This document shows, piece by piece, positions 1 through 11,961 of a DNA stretch of 64,000 nucleotides. The stretch is from Phoronis australis (Eukaryota; Animalia; Phoronida): NCBI GenBank assembly GCA_002633005.1, contig NMRA01000269.1:283169-347168 (forward strand). The letters are read 5' to 3'. The translations under genes and the position numbers were made by a program. A model generated the notes under the pieces. That model did not search any database. It saw nothing but the letters and a program-made list of their open reading frames with translations, and was not told the origin of the DNA. The number at the start of each line of letters is the position of its first letter. The first letter of the stretch is position 1.

Positions 1-676
1 TGGAATTGGTTTTGTGTGGTACCTCGAATGTATGTGCTAGCTCATTTTTGGGGGGTCCTTTTTTGGTTTCTGCCGGACCTATTCCAGAGTGCAATTTGTC
101 TGTCATGGGTCATTTGGTGTTCAGTGCAGTACTATTGTTAGTTTTAAATCAGTTTTGGCCGGTACTTCGAAAATCTAGTCTAGCTCAAATTTTTTGATGG
201 CATACCGTGGTTGAGATTTTTGGGGGTTTCTGCCGGGCACAATCCAGAGTGTAATTTGTCTGTCATAGGGCATTCAGTGATCTGTGACATGTATCGAATC
301 ATACGGAATTGGTTTTGTGTGGTACCTCGAATGTATGTGCTAGCTCATTTTTGGGGGGTCCATTTTTGGTTTCTGCTGGACCCATTCCAGAGTGCAATTT
401 GTCTGTCATGGGTCATTTGGTGTTCAGTGCGGTACTATTGTTCGTTTTAAATCAGTTTTGGTTGGTACCTCGAATATCTAGTCTAGCTCATTTTTGGGCT
501 CTTAGTAAGGCCCCCAGGGGTCACACCCAGAGTGCAGACAACGGCAGACGTCCATTTCTGTACATACTGAGGTGGACTTTAAATGCTCCCGTGGTCAGAT
601 GTTGGTACCTCGTTCATCTATGCTAAGTGCTCTGGGCTGCCGGTCTAATAGGACTCATGCAGTCCGCGACGATTAC
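1..676. repeat. Tandem array (~303 bp period made of two related ~150 bp subunits) ending in a short hairpin; probably end of a Helentron/HINE-type element
   Basis: Sequence at ~2-190 recurs at ~305-495; subunit motifs ggtacYtcgaa..ctagctca and ccagagtgYaatttgtctgtcat recur about every 150 bp; GGAC-tcatgca-GTCC hairpin at ~651-665. Confidence 0.7.
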
Positions 677-1219
677 TGAAGGAGGCTTTATGTTATTCAT
701 CGGCATTGAACGCGCGTGGTGCATAGGGTAGCACGACCGGTTTGAAAGTTTGACAGGGTGTAACGCGGGAACATTCTCATTCTGGACCACATTACATCCG
801 AATTTGGGTCCCGTTCTTTGTGAGCAACAGTCAGAGCATCCTCATTACTGGTATTACGAATTCCGTATGACCTTGGAAACAAGCTGAGAGTCGTCGTTTT
901 GTAAATATATTTCCCTCCCCTAAGCTGCGTCAAGGGCCTTACCAAAAACTCTACAGTGTCGACGTTTGCAAAATATCAAAGGTCCACCATACTAGAAGTT
1001 CGAAGCAACCCCGCGAAATGCTGGCTACGGGCCTGCGCTCTGATATCTTGGCAATCGCCTCCATCGCATCTCCCGTTCGTTGTATTCATAATACTATTCG
1101 GCTGACACTCCGCCATTTTCATGGTAAACTCGTGAACTGAGGCGTTCACTTGGTTGATTGGCTGGCATTCGGGTCACTACTAGACGTCATGAGGTCAAAA
1201 GCTGAGTTTACAAGACAGA

Positions 1220-1290
1220 CGGCACACCATAAAGGGCTAGGGGGCTATAGTCCCTCACTTTTTCAGTGCTGCTCCGCCCATGTAGAGAAA
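1220..1290. repeat. Dispersed repeat fragment, second copy at ~8772-8845
   Basis: gggggctatag.ccc.cactttttcagtgctgc.ccgcccatgt shared. Confidence 0.6.
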
Positions 1291-1473
1291 GGTAAAAAGA
1301 GGCAAAATATAACCGGTCCTCCCATTCTTTTGGTCTATGTCCATTTCACCAATTGGTGAAACTCAGAGCATTCCGATGGCCCTTCAGCTCCGGCTTTAAG
1401 ATCTGAGTATTAGCCATGTTCAGGAGCTGAGTAGTTTTGTATCAAGCTTTCAGTTTCCATATACGCGCATTAC

Positions 1474-1630
1474 CAGTGGCGGATTTAGAACGAGGCCAAG
1501 GGGGCCATGGCCCCCCTAAACGTTTCCCAGATCCCATTTGGCAGTTCGGGGGTGAGAACGATGTCTGAAGGACAAAATCCTGGCTAATACTTTGCCCTGC
1601 CCCCATGACAAAATCCTGGATCCGCCCCTG
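1474..1630. mobile_element. MITE family A copy 1 (CAGTGGCGGATTTAG...CTGGATCCGCCCCTG), 5-bp TSD ATTAC
   Basis: Imperfect TIRs; attac on both flanks; homologous to 9198 and 34228 copies. Confidence 0.9.
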
Positions 1631-3239
1631 ATTACTGCTGCATTTACTGGAGGAAAAAGTCAATCTTCAATGCATACGCCTGTATGGTTTTAGGCTATTG
1701 AAAAACAGTTTCAGTTCCCTGAAATTCCGTTAGAAAAGACGGAGGTCCGATTTGGTGGTAAAAAAGTTTCTCAAGCTTAATTTATGCATACATTATATAA
1801 CGTCATACGGAAAATGACGACTGTCTTATGGAATGAGCGTGATTTAAACCTACCACCAAGTGTTTTTAAGACTGTTTGCTCGGCGTGTTATTCGCTCGTT
1901 TCCATTTTCAAGAAAAATACCCTGTGAATCCTGTTTTCTAATCATCCGCCCAAACAGATCAACATAATTTGCTATCAATCATTGCGACTTCTAGACCTTT
2001 GTGATAAGCGACCGTTACTAAGCGGTACTTGTGCCATATCCTGCGACTCCACTCACATTCATCAATGTCGAAAGATTGTTTTATAATGAATGCAAATATT
2101 TCACAAAGCATTTCACCGCGATGGGTCATAAAGAGATTTCAAACAAAATAGCAAATTACGCGGCAAACAAAGCAACACCACCGCAAGGGTCCACGTCTAG
2201 TCCAAACAAACGAGCCGGAACTCAGTTAAGTGAAATCCCAGTTAAGGAGCCCATTGTCGTGAAACATCCGTGTTTTGCGGAATGTGGTGGAAATAGAAGA
2301 ATCTACAGTCGGTTACATAATTCACAAGTGTTCTCTTCACTTCTCCTTGGACGCAAAATTCACTGAACACGCGACAATTCATTTATGATGATCTTTAATT
2401 CGTTCTCTCATATTTCCGAAACAATCGTCCACAACTCAAAGGGCGACGGTAAAACAGTTCACCAAAAAATACAAGTAAAACCAAAAACGTTATTTCGTAT
2501 ACGTTTTCTTTGTATAAGTATCCTCAAACGTCAGACGAGTTGATAACTTTCAATGGTATTGTTTCAATAAGGAGTGGACGACCAAAAGCTGCACTCGTAT
2601 GGTCTTGTTGCATACTTTTCAGGAGACCACCGAGAATTCGAAAACGAAACAACACATCTTCATTGCTTTATGTTAACTTTGTTTTGGCAAAGTTAGATAC
2701 CATGTTGAAAAATATTGTTTAGAAGGACGCTGCTTCTGATTTGGCTCGTTTTACTGTATTCATTTTGAAGTGATTCAGAAGCGAGAAGAATTTCTTTAAA
2801 AGAGAAACCGCAAAACAATTTTGCTCACCGGAGCTGCATTTGCAAATTTGGTTCGGAGATGTTCGTCTTCTTCGAATTACGAGAGACATCTCTCAATTAT
2901 CTCGTGTAATTTTATCCGATCTGTCTGAGGGATTCAACCTATCCATTTTATATCCAAATGCAGCCTTCATGTGTCACTGCAAACATGTACTTTTAGCCTC
3001 ATGCGCCTGTATGTGAAGTTATGTTTTTTTGTAAAAAATAACTTTTGCTTAAATGGTAATTATCGGCGAGAAAGTGAACTCCTGGTATCTACCTCAGCGC
3101 GGAATCGAACGTGGAACACCCGCAGTCGCAATCAAACTCGCTGATGGCAGAGCCAAACATCACTCGATAACTGTTAGCGTATTTTAAGCGTATTTAATCG
3201 GTAAAGTCATTGGCTTTGGTTTCAGAAATATCTGGCAGA

Positions 3240-3400
3240 CAATAGCGAGAATGAGCGATTTGTAATGAAATCACAAAACAAAACACATTTTATTGCGATG
3301 TAGCTCTGGTCAAAGCTGATAATTTTATGAAGTCTATTCCATCCAACAATAATTCTCAAAATGCGTTTTCCGCCGCAAAACCGATAAAGTTCTTTTAAGG
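3240..3400. repeat. Older dispersed repeat, second copy at ~27190-27330
   Basis: gatttgtaat..aaat.acaaaacaa..attttattg...tagctct.gtca.agct shared in the same orientation. Confidence 0.55.
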
Positions 3401-3812
3401 GACACTTAAAAGTGTTTCGTACATATTGCGCGTGTGCGTAAAACTTACTAGGCACCGAAGATGGGTCTTGTACATGCTTGTCTTAAAATGCGTATGGTGT
3501 AGTTCGAGGTCCACCTAATGTTATGTTTCACTCAAATGTTCTTTTTCAAAATTTGCTTCTTAGTTTTACTTAGTCGCCTAATTGACCTATCGCAAGCTCT
3601 GCCCCCTTGCGTAGTGTCGACCAACAAACAACAAGCTTTACCCGGCAGAGTGCTGTTTGTCGGGTAAAATGTCGGCTTGGAAACGAAGGTTTGTCAATAT
3701 TGCTGCGTTTTAAATGGTCAGTTAAGCCGTCACTCAAAATCCTGGCGACAGGTCAATTTCAGGTAGGTACGGCGTCACACATCAGTACAGCGCATGCCGG
3801 ACCAACAAACCA

Positions 3813-3965
3813 GCCTCCCGTTCAGTAACGCTAGGACCTAGCTTAAAAACAAGACTTTGCGAGATTACGCAAGATATTGCCGTGTATTTTAAATAAGAGC
3901 ACGTGACCTTAACTAGCTTTTGGCTAGGTCCTAGTGTAGGTTCTAGCGTCTACTGAACGCACGCC
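3813..3965. mobile_element. MITE family C (GTTCAGTA/ACGCTAGGACCTA termini), Harbinger-like
   Basis: Imperfect TIRs; reverse-complement copy at 11793-11961. Confidence 0.75.
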
Positions 3966-5957
3966 CGCATACATGGTGAGGCGTTTTTGCTTGACCGATT
4001 GGGCACCCGGGGTTGTCGAAGACAATTTTACTTACACACAAATTCACCTCGGGCAATGTCGACTGTTCACTGGCAGAAACCAAGATTCGAAATAAAGTGT
4101 GTTGATTCTACGGCCTGCGTATTCGGCAGCATAAATTTCGATCGTTTGAGCATCAGATGACCATCATATGTGGCCACAAGACTGTTATAACCATCTTGCA
4201 CAACATCAAAGCGAAACAGGTGTTAAAACGCTTATAAAGCATTAAGTCCACTGTACGAAGCTTAGTCAAAAGATCACATTTGAATATGCGCAGACACTGT
4301 CAGCATAGGATATCCAGCAAATACCTGTGCAGGTGCAGTAGGCCTAATACGTGTAAGGGACATCGGTTTGAAAGATGATTGTCTGGTTCTAAACTTAATG
4401 TTTGATTAGTGACCGTTCAGAACCTTTTGGAGGCCCAAAGTCAGATTTGAATTGGAGGCGCCTTTCACTGGGCCCTCCTTCAGTTGGTTGGAAGACTTGT
4501 CAGCCGCTTACATCGGCCCTGTGGACGTGCGTGTGGTCCTATGAAGTAAACTGACTTTGCTCTAACGTTCAAGTTACCTAAAGTTAGATCAAATATCTGA
4601 GATCTTGCCATGTGAACAAAATATTTTCTGTACTATTCGCACGAAAGCTTAAATAAGCTAATCAAACTTTCATGCGAACACCTAGTGAAAGAAACACGTG
4701 ATAAAACAGCACAGCTTGAAGATCGTCTCAGAATGTTGTGGCCACATGTTTCCCACAGACAGTTTTTCATTTAGAAATAACTTGTGCGGTGTGTTTTACA
4801 AGGAAAATGTCAATGCGTCTATGACGTTTCGGGCTACCTCGGGGTCGGCCTAATTGAGATCATATTCACGGGTTGTAAGGTAACTGACAGCGTGAATTAG
4901 GTTAAACTTAAGCCATGCAGAATTCATGGCTCTCCGAAAATTCTCATGATAAAAGAACGTGGAATTTTAGTAATTCAGTGTTTCCTTGAGCTTTAATTGC
5001 TATTCAAATACGTAAATAGACAGAAACTGAACGAGACCACCCTAGAATTCAAGGCGTCGTAAGCCATTGATTGGTCTGCCTGAGAAATTGTGTCACGCAA
5101 CGTGATGTTTGGGATTTTACAAAATTGTTTTGAAACGTTAGTGCTGGTTTCCGGCTGTGCGGCCACAGGTAGAATTTCAGTAAAGAAGCCAATTACATTC
5201 GCTTTCTTCTCATAATACATTAATTCATGTAAGCTGACCATTCTTTCCTTGGCAGTCCAGTCATACGAGTGTTTTAATCATCAACTTTTTAGGGTCAGCG
5301 AGTGGCCAGTCTAACTAACCCCTTTAATTATGTTTTATTGGATTTCAATGTGCCATTCAAAGTTATATCAGTATATGCTGCTCCGATACAATCGCCAGTA
5401 AAGTTGTTAAATAAATCGCATTCGGTATTATAAGGTAAAAACGAACACAACTGCCTGAATGTGCAATTTTTTTCACCATTCACGTACTCCCAGTAAAGAA
5501 TCGGTGACCATCGGTGTCATTCGACAATGGATATCAAATTCTACAGCAGTCGCGTACAGAAGGGAGGGGGGGGGGCGACAATGCGACGGCCCCGGGCATC
5601 CACATCGAGGGGGCATCCAATCACTATGAATAAACTTTTTGAAATTGTTACTGATTTGTAGTTAAATTGAATAAAGTTCCTATTTTACGTCTCATTTTTT
5701 TTACTTTGAGAAAGGGGATCCAATAAAAATCGCCTCGGGCATCACCAAACCCATGTTCCAAGGTAACGAATCTAGCGACAGGCATGCTTGAAATCTGTGA
5801 GGTCTAAAAGTTGTCATAAAAAAATCATTTCGCAGCTGTTAAGCTGTCGATTATGAATTAATAACCGAAGCGCTTTGGAGGTTAAAACATTACCACGCTC
5901 ATCCGGTATTGAATTGTTGCTGCGATGAGCCAACACCCAAGTCATAGGCAATAAGTA

Positions 5958-6170
5958 TATGCGCCATTCTCGAATTCGCAATTTTAGGGCTTTTTAACCC
6001 CAATACACTCTGAAGCGTTTTCTCAGATGAGTCGGTGACGGTTTCGATGTTCTTGTTGGTAACGGAAATCAAGTCCTATTACGGAAAAGAATACAAGACC
6101 AATTTTAAGGCCTAGTTCGATTTTCATTTTTTAGCCAACTAAACAGGATGAAATGCAACTTAAAAACAAA
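5958..6170. repeat. Older dispersed repeat; fragments also at ~8265-8300, ~22055-22250 and inverted at ~56255-56310
   Basis: Shared gccattYtcgaattcgcaattttag and agccaRctaaacggatgaaatgcaRctt motifs. Confidence 0.55.
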
Positions 6171-7746
6171 TCGCTTACCTCTCTCACTAATTCCCCGCCA
6201 CCAGCCTCGCAGATTATTATGAACTAGTGTCTTTCGGTGCGTCTGAACTCCTAAAAAATCACGTACATCTGTTTTTGTAATCAACCCCCTGTGCCGGCTA
6301 GAGTAATCCACACCACTACCAGAAAATGTCAACGGAATAGCCCTTTAGTGTTGTTTAGCCTCTTTTCCATTACCGGAAACTTCCGAATGTGCACCCAAGG
6401 TCCTCTGTTGGAAACTCGCGTTTTTCAGACTGGAAAAGACAGTGTGGACGGTCTTTTGAAATGGGATAGGTTTTATAATGTTTTTTTTTTGTGAAATAGT
6501 TAAATCTGGCTTATGTCTCTTATTCACTAAAACCCGGCAATCCGATGAAATAAGAGACCAGAACTGCGGCTATTTTTAAGTGCTTTTCCGGATATATTAA
6601 CAATTTGTAATGGTATAAATTTTAGGGCAGCAAACTAAGCTAAATACGTTTCTGTAAAAAGTCAGCACTTTTACCTACAAATGCTACTGTAGAGTCCTAT
6701 TTCTTTAACCGGTGACAGCAGGTGGAGAATAAAGCTGAAACAACCAACCGGAGTAGATTATCAAGGAAAAAAACACGGTCGAGTCATACATTTCATTGAT
6801 ATTTATAGTGGGTTCGTATACATGGTATTGTGGTGACAAAAACCCACAGCTGCGTAGACACCTCGTCTGGCTGGAAGTGGTCACCTTTCCTGATCTGATA
6901 AGAATATAGTTTTAATGTTTTGGATCCTTTTATGCTGTCATTTTAGAAAAGAAAAAGGAGGGCAAAACAGGAAAATAGATTATGAAATTCGTCTTTTGAG
7001 GTGCACTCAGAGCTAGTAATATTTTTAGACCTTGACTCGGTGAAGTGACAGTACCGTTGTCATCTCGTATTCGCTTCATTACTGTACAGGAACATGTGAT
7101 TGATGCCTCTACAAAGCACGGCGGGCGGAATTACAGATATCTATCCGCGCGCTTGTTCGTTGCCTTTGTTTTAAAAGTTACATTTCACCCTGCTGGGCTG
7201 GCTAAAAACTCCTGTCACAAAATCGGTCCCATAATATTGCATGCAGCAATGGGATTCAGATAGGAGTCAGACAAGCAAGGAACTTAAAAGCTGATAGAAT
7301 CAATAACAGGGATTTGTACATTATAAAGGGTTGATCTCATCGTCTTTTTTATTAAGGTTTAGGCGTAAATGGAGCGTCTTTTCCAACCGTCTATTCCACT
7401 TGTGTGTGAAATATACGCCTGTATATATTTAGGTATCGCAAAATACTGTAAACGCAAGAAAAACTCATGTAATCTGAACTTAACCACAGATTCTTTTTAA
7501 AGATGCATTTTGAAATGCGTGTCTAACTAACAAATGAATATCGAATTACATATTCTACTCGCATAGTAACGTTCTCATAATATCTGGCTTACCGTGACAG
7601 GATTCTGGATGGTTGACGGATGTAGAACCCGACCACGGTAAGGAATATTGCGTAACATGGAACTGGTTTTATGAGAGTAAAATGTTTGGAAAGCCAAAGC
7701 GGAAATAAGTCCAGACACACATTTCTATTCAAGAATTAAAAACTCC

Positions 7747-8073
7747 GCAGGACCAAAAAAACAACTCAAAGCAGAACTTGTCACGTCAGGACCTATAATG
7801 TGTGACTTCAGCCAGAACTGAAAATTTATCACGCCAGGAGTTGGCTTGTGTTGTAAAGCGTGATAGAAACATTGGAAATTCGACTTCATTGTCATGGGGA
7901 TAATATTATAGTCCGCCACCAAGACATTGTTGAATGCCTCTGTGTACTTGTGGTCTCCTGCTACGAAATTTTTGTGGCTTGAAAAATTTTCGGTTCTGGT
8001 TTGTCTAATTTTAGTTCCTGGCGTGATAATTTATATGTCCTGACGTGACAAATTTGTTGTTGTTTTGGTCTGC
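7747..8073. mobile_element. Degenerate MITE with nested subterminal inverted repeats
   Basis: ttgtcacgtcaggac / gtcctgacgtgacaa and ttatcacgccagga / tcctggcgtgataa pair across the element. Confidence 0.6.
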
Positions 8074-9197
8074 AAAGTAAAATAATACTGTTTTGACCTG
8101 TTTATAAATCTTGCATAGAAAACATGTGTTCTGCAATTATTTCTGCTGAATATACATTTGAATTTATGTATTTATGCGTTTTTAGGCAATGCCTATTTGT
8201 ACAATAAATGATAATGATTGGTTGATTGATTTCTGCTCTGTCTTTCTATATAAAGAACTTATTCGGTTTCAGCCAGCCAAACGGATGAAATGCAATTTAA
8301 GCCTACCGAATAAGGATGAAAAAAGGTCGTACCCCAGCCAACAATATTGAAAAAGTCACACTTTATTGAAGTTTCGGTTGGGCTCCAAAGAGTATATAAA
8401 ATACCGTCAAATGAATTGTTTCTTCAATTTTAATTCAGTAAATAAATATCGTGTGGGTTTAAAACTCTACTAAAGGAATGCGTTATGGGAAACACTACGA
8501 CTGACGATTCAGAGTAGGTCTCACTCCATTGACAACAAGGCTGAGTTTTCGCTCACACTAATACCCAAAGGCGGGCCCAATATGGGAACTGTTCCAAGAG
8601 TCACTTTAGCGCTTTGCTCAGAGGTTTGAGTTACCACACACTGAACCGCTGGCGTTTCCGCTACCACGAGCACTTGCAACCGGACGATCTTTACTTCGTA
8701 AGCCAACACCAGCGCATTATTTTACTTAGATCCGGTTAGATTATCTCCATACGTAACCACGGAGATATGGTCGGTGCACCACAGGGGAGCTGGGGGGACT
8801 ATAGCCCCCACTTTTTTCAGTGCTGCGCCGCCCATGTGAGATGCCATGTTTTCAGACAAAAATGCATGACATTATCGCGTAATGTCGGGCATCATCGCAA
8901 TTCTAAGAGACGATTTCTAATTTTGATAACTTCTTTTGCTTTCCTTCCTCCTAGATTGTCTCTTTGCGGAACTATTTTTGAGCTGACTCACGAAATGCCG
9001 TCGATTTCCACGACATGTTCACTTGGCAGTTTCAGTGCATCAGTCCGATGATATAAGCAGCGGTGAACGCAACTCAAGTTACCTCTTTGAGTTGCTCATG
9101 GTGGAAACACAACAGAGATTGGAACAGCAGTTGGAATACGCGTCATTTTCTAAGAATCATTTTATAAATCGGTTACAATTAATACGCACTCACGCAC

Positions 9198-9337
9198 CAG
9201 TGGTGGATTTAGAGGGGGGTCAAGGGGCTATGCCTGCCCCCCCTAAAACTCTTACAGATTCCATTTGGCAGTTCGGGGTGCTAGTGCCTAATACTCTGCC
9301 CTGGCCCCTCTAAATAAAAATCCTGGATCCGCCTCTG
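9198..9337. mobile_element. MITE family A copy 2, 5-bp TSD CGCAC
   Basis: CAGTGGTGGATTTAG...CTGGATCCGCCTCTG; cgcac on both flanks; shared core cagattccatttggcagttcgggg. Confidence 0.9.
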
Positions 9338-10477
9338 CGCACATCTAATCCTACTGGCTACTTCGAAAAATAGTTTCAAAGTTACACCATCTCTTTACTA
9401 AAAAGTTAAAATTTTTGTGAGCACTATACTTTTCACTCCACTAGCATTGTTCGACTGACTTTATACAAGGGCGCAAGAACAATCTTTTCGATACAAACAA
9501 AATGAATAAACTGTAATACCCCATTGTAAAATGATGTTTTTAACAGTTTCTTGTTTATCAGATAAGTCTGAGGATAACATTGCTGTAGGTGAGTATGCGG
9601 ACACATGAAGAATTCACTTTGTTTAAAATTCCTTTATTAACCCTTATAAACAGGTTCACTGTGGCCCAGTCCGCGGAAAAATAAGTGCTTCAAAATCTCT
9701 GTAGATTGTCCAGAAATGTGCAAGAGTCGTCTTTTGTAATTCAAATTAGTTTTAAAAAAGAATTAGTAGTAGAAATTTTCGTCAAGAGCCTAAACTGAAA
9801 TTCTTTAAGTCTAGGTTCAACGGTTGTGTGGACTTGTACGGGGGCATTATCTTTCCAAAAAATTGTTTGTGTTTACATTAAATTCTTTGGACCGTTTTGA
9901 CTTCGCCTTTGAAACTCCGGTTTAAATTGGGCAAAAATATGTCTACATCCTCTCCCAACACTTTAAAATGTTGGCATCAAATATAAAAATTTACAACTCC
10001 ACTGAATACCTTGGTACGTAACAGTACTGAAACCAGACTATCATATTTCATAAAGTAACAGAAAAACAGTCCTAAAGTAGGGCCTACTATGCCTGCGGGG
10101 AATCAGTTCCTGTAAAATATACTTCCACCCTGGCCTCCAGTGATGTCGTTCCTCAAGTCAGTAAAATGGGGACTCATTAAATGAAAATGGCCGGGACAAG
10201 GTGGAGAGATCACCAAGAAAAACCTCCACATTCATTGGAAGATCAGTTCATACCGGCTCCGGCGGCCAGTCGACCTGAGTAAACGTGATGGAGTAAACAA
10301 CTAAATGATTTATAAGTCCGTTATTGGTGCGGTCACAAAGATTCCTCAGGCCTGTACGTGTCAGTGGTGGGCTGAGCCCATCGACGCCCTACTAGTGTGA
10401 ATGTTATCAATCCGCCGGTCCAAGGACTCTGTCCCAGTGTTGGTGACTTGACGAGGATAAGGCCACCCGATGAAACG

Positions 10478-10893
10478 TCCATGGGCGTTTATTAGGAAAA
10501 TTATGCTAAAACCCATGGGCGTTTACTTGGTCACAGCGGCTACACTGACTTCGTGTGTCAAGTGTCCAGATGGTGGGGCGTTTATTTGAAAAAGTTCCTC
10601 TTAAAAGTCCACTCCCATTCAACTTTTTGTCACAAATTCAGTTTTATGAAATATTTAACATATACAAAAACGAGCACGGTGTTGGCGAACTATGCATTTA
10701 ATAACATAAAATTTAAAAACACAGTTTTAAGTGAAAGTAAAAAATGTCAAAGTCAGCAAAACAATCACTTTCCGTTTACACTCCCCCCTTTTCCGAATAA
10801 ACGCCCAGGCGATTATTGGGTGTTACTAAAACGTCTCAAAATTTCCATTTTCTGAATACACGCCCGTGGGCTTATCTACAGAATATCTCGGTA
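10478..10893. mobile_element. Tc1/mariner-pogo-like non-autonomous remnant
   Basis: Repeated GGGCGTTTA and inverted TAAACGCCC motifs; ends in CGGTA. Confidence 0.45.
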
Positions 10894-11342
10894 GTTTCTT
10901 CTGTCGAGAATCCCCAGAATTTCGCTGCTAGCGTCACCTCTTGGGTATTGCAAAGCATACTAAATGGATCGGAAGCAACTTGCTAATTAAGCTTGGAACT
11001 AGTAAACTATGGTTCATCAGGCTCTATCTCGACTGATTCATGTGTTTTGTATCCACCAGTGTTTTAAAAAAAATGAATTTTTACGTGTTCGAAACATTCA
11101 TCAGACAGTAGGAAACGGAAACGAAAAGTCGACCAAAACGAGGCAATTCTGAAAGCCTTTTGATGAAACGTAAACTGTTGGGAATGCTCACAGTTCAAGA
11201 AAATGAGAAAAACGTGACGACTATCGCAACAGTGTTGTTTTCTGACTGAGGTAACATTTTTCCAACAGTTAACCACATGTTTTTCATTTGAAGTGCAAGC
11301 TTCTTTGTTAAATGTAAGCGTGGTCGTTTTTAATCCAGGCTA

Positions 11343-11783
11343 GCAATGACCATCGCCTCTGCTGCCAGTGTTGGCCCGACCAGAGGCGATGCAGCTCCTA
11401 TAGGTGCTCCATACGCCGGAAGCTTTTCGGCGAATTATGCCTCGCACTGGCTAAAGCATGAAAGTCACGTTTTTATAAATACCTTTTGCGCATAGAGGGA
11501 CACCTTAGGAGGTTGTCGGTGGGAACTGAAATAGGAACTGCTCGAAGAAAAAGTTTGATAACACCGGAACGGGAGTATTTGTTCGAGTTGGAAGGAAATA
11601 AACACATCGACAACCTCCTAAGGTGTTCCTCTATGTGCAAAAGGTATTTGTAACAACGTGACTTTGATGTTTTTTGTCGGTGCGAGGCATAATTCGCCGA
11701 AGAGCTTCTGGCGTATGGAGCGCCTAGAAGTAGATAGGAGCTGCATCGCCTCTAGTCAGGCCAACAGAGGCGATGGTCATTGC
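11343..11783. repeat. Long inverted repeat (fold-back): ~180 bp arms 11343-11521 / 11605-11783, ~83 nt spacer
   Basis: Hand alignment of left arm with reverse complement of right arm shows about 15 substitutions and a few short indels; CTA on both flanks. Confidence 0.93.
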
Positions 11784-11792
11784 CTAACTCCA

Positions 11793-11961
11793 GGCGTGCG
11801 TTCAGTACTCCAGTACGGCAGTAGACGCTAGGACCTACGCTAGGACTTAGCTAAAACCTAGTCAAAGGCACGTATTCTCATTTAAAATACACGGCAATAT
11901 CTCACGTAATCTCGCAAAGTCTTGCTTTTTAGCGAGGTCCTAGCGTTACTGAACTGGAGGC
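11793..11961. mobile_element. MITE family C copy, opposite orientation to 3813-3965
   Basis: taaaatacacggcaatatct...cgtaatctcgcaaagtcttg is the reverse complement of the 3850-3893 core. Confidence 0.75.

Noticed and set aside
6-626. Repeated ORFs MVLCGTSNVCASSFLGGP...
   Set aside because: Products of the tandem array, not a gene
951-1064. Minus-strand ORF starting MEAIAK, like the GRB2/Drk N-terminus
   Set aside because: Similarity stops after 6 residues (no YDF..DELSF SH3 motif), runs into a MITE end and stops after 37 aa
1780-2520. Possible element with weak inverted ends containing the 111-aa ORF 2031-2366
   Set aside because: Terminal similarity is poor and the ORF has no recognisable domain
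3085-3160. Minus-strand tRNA-like segment with GTTCGATTCC B-box; similar weak case at ~61835-61910
   Set aside because: No cloverleaf; at best degenerate repeat-derived heads
10400-10482. Possible hammerhead ribozyme or Penelope-like end (ttgacgag...gaaacgtc)
   Set aside because: Core CUGANGA not intact and I could not build the three stems; region 10100-10470 may be an old SINE remnant but evidence is too weak
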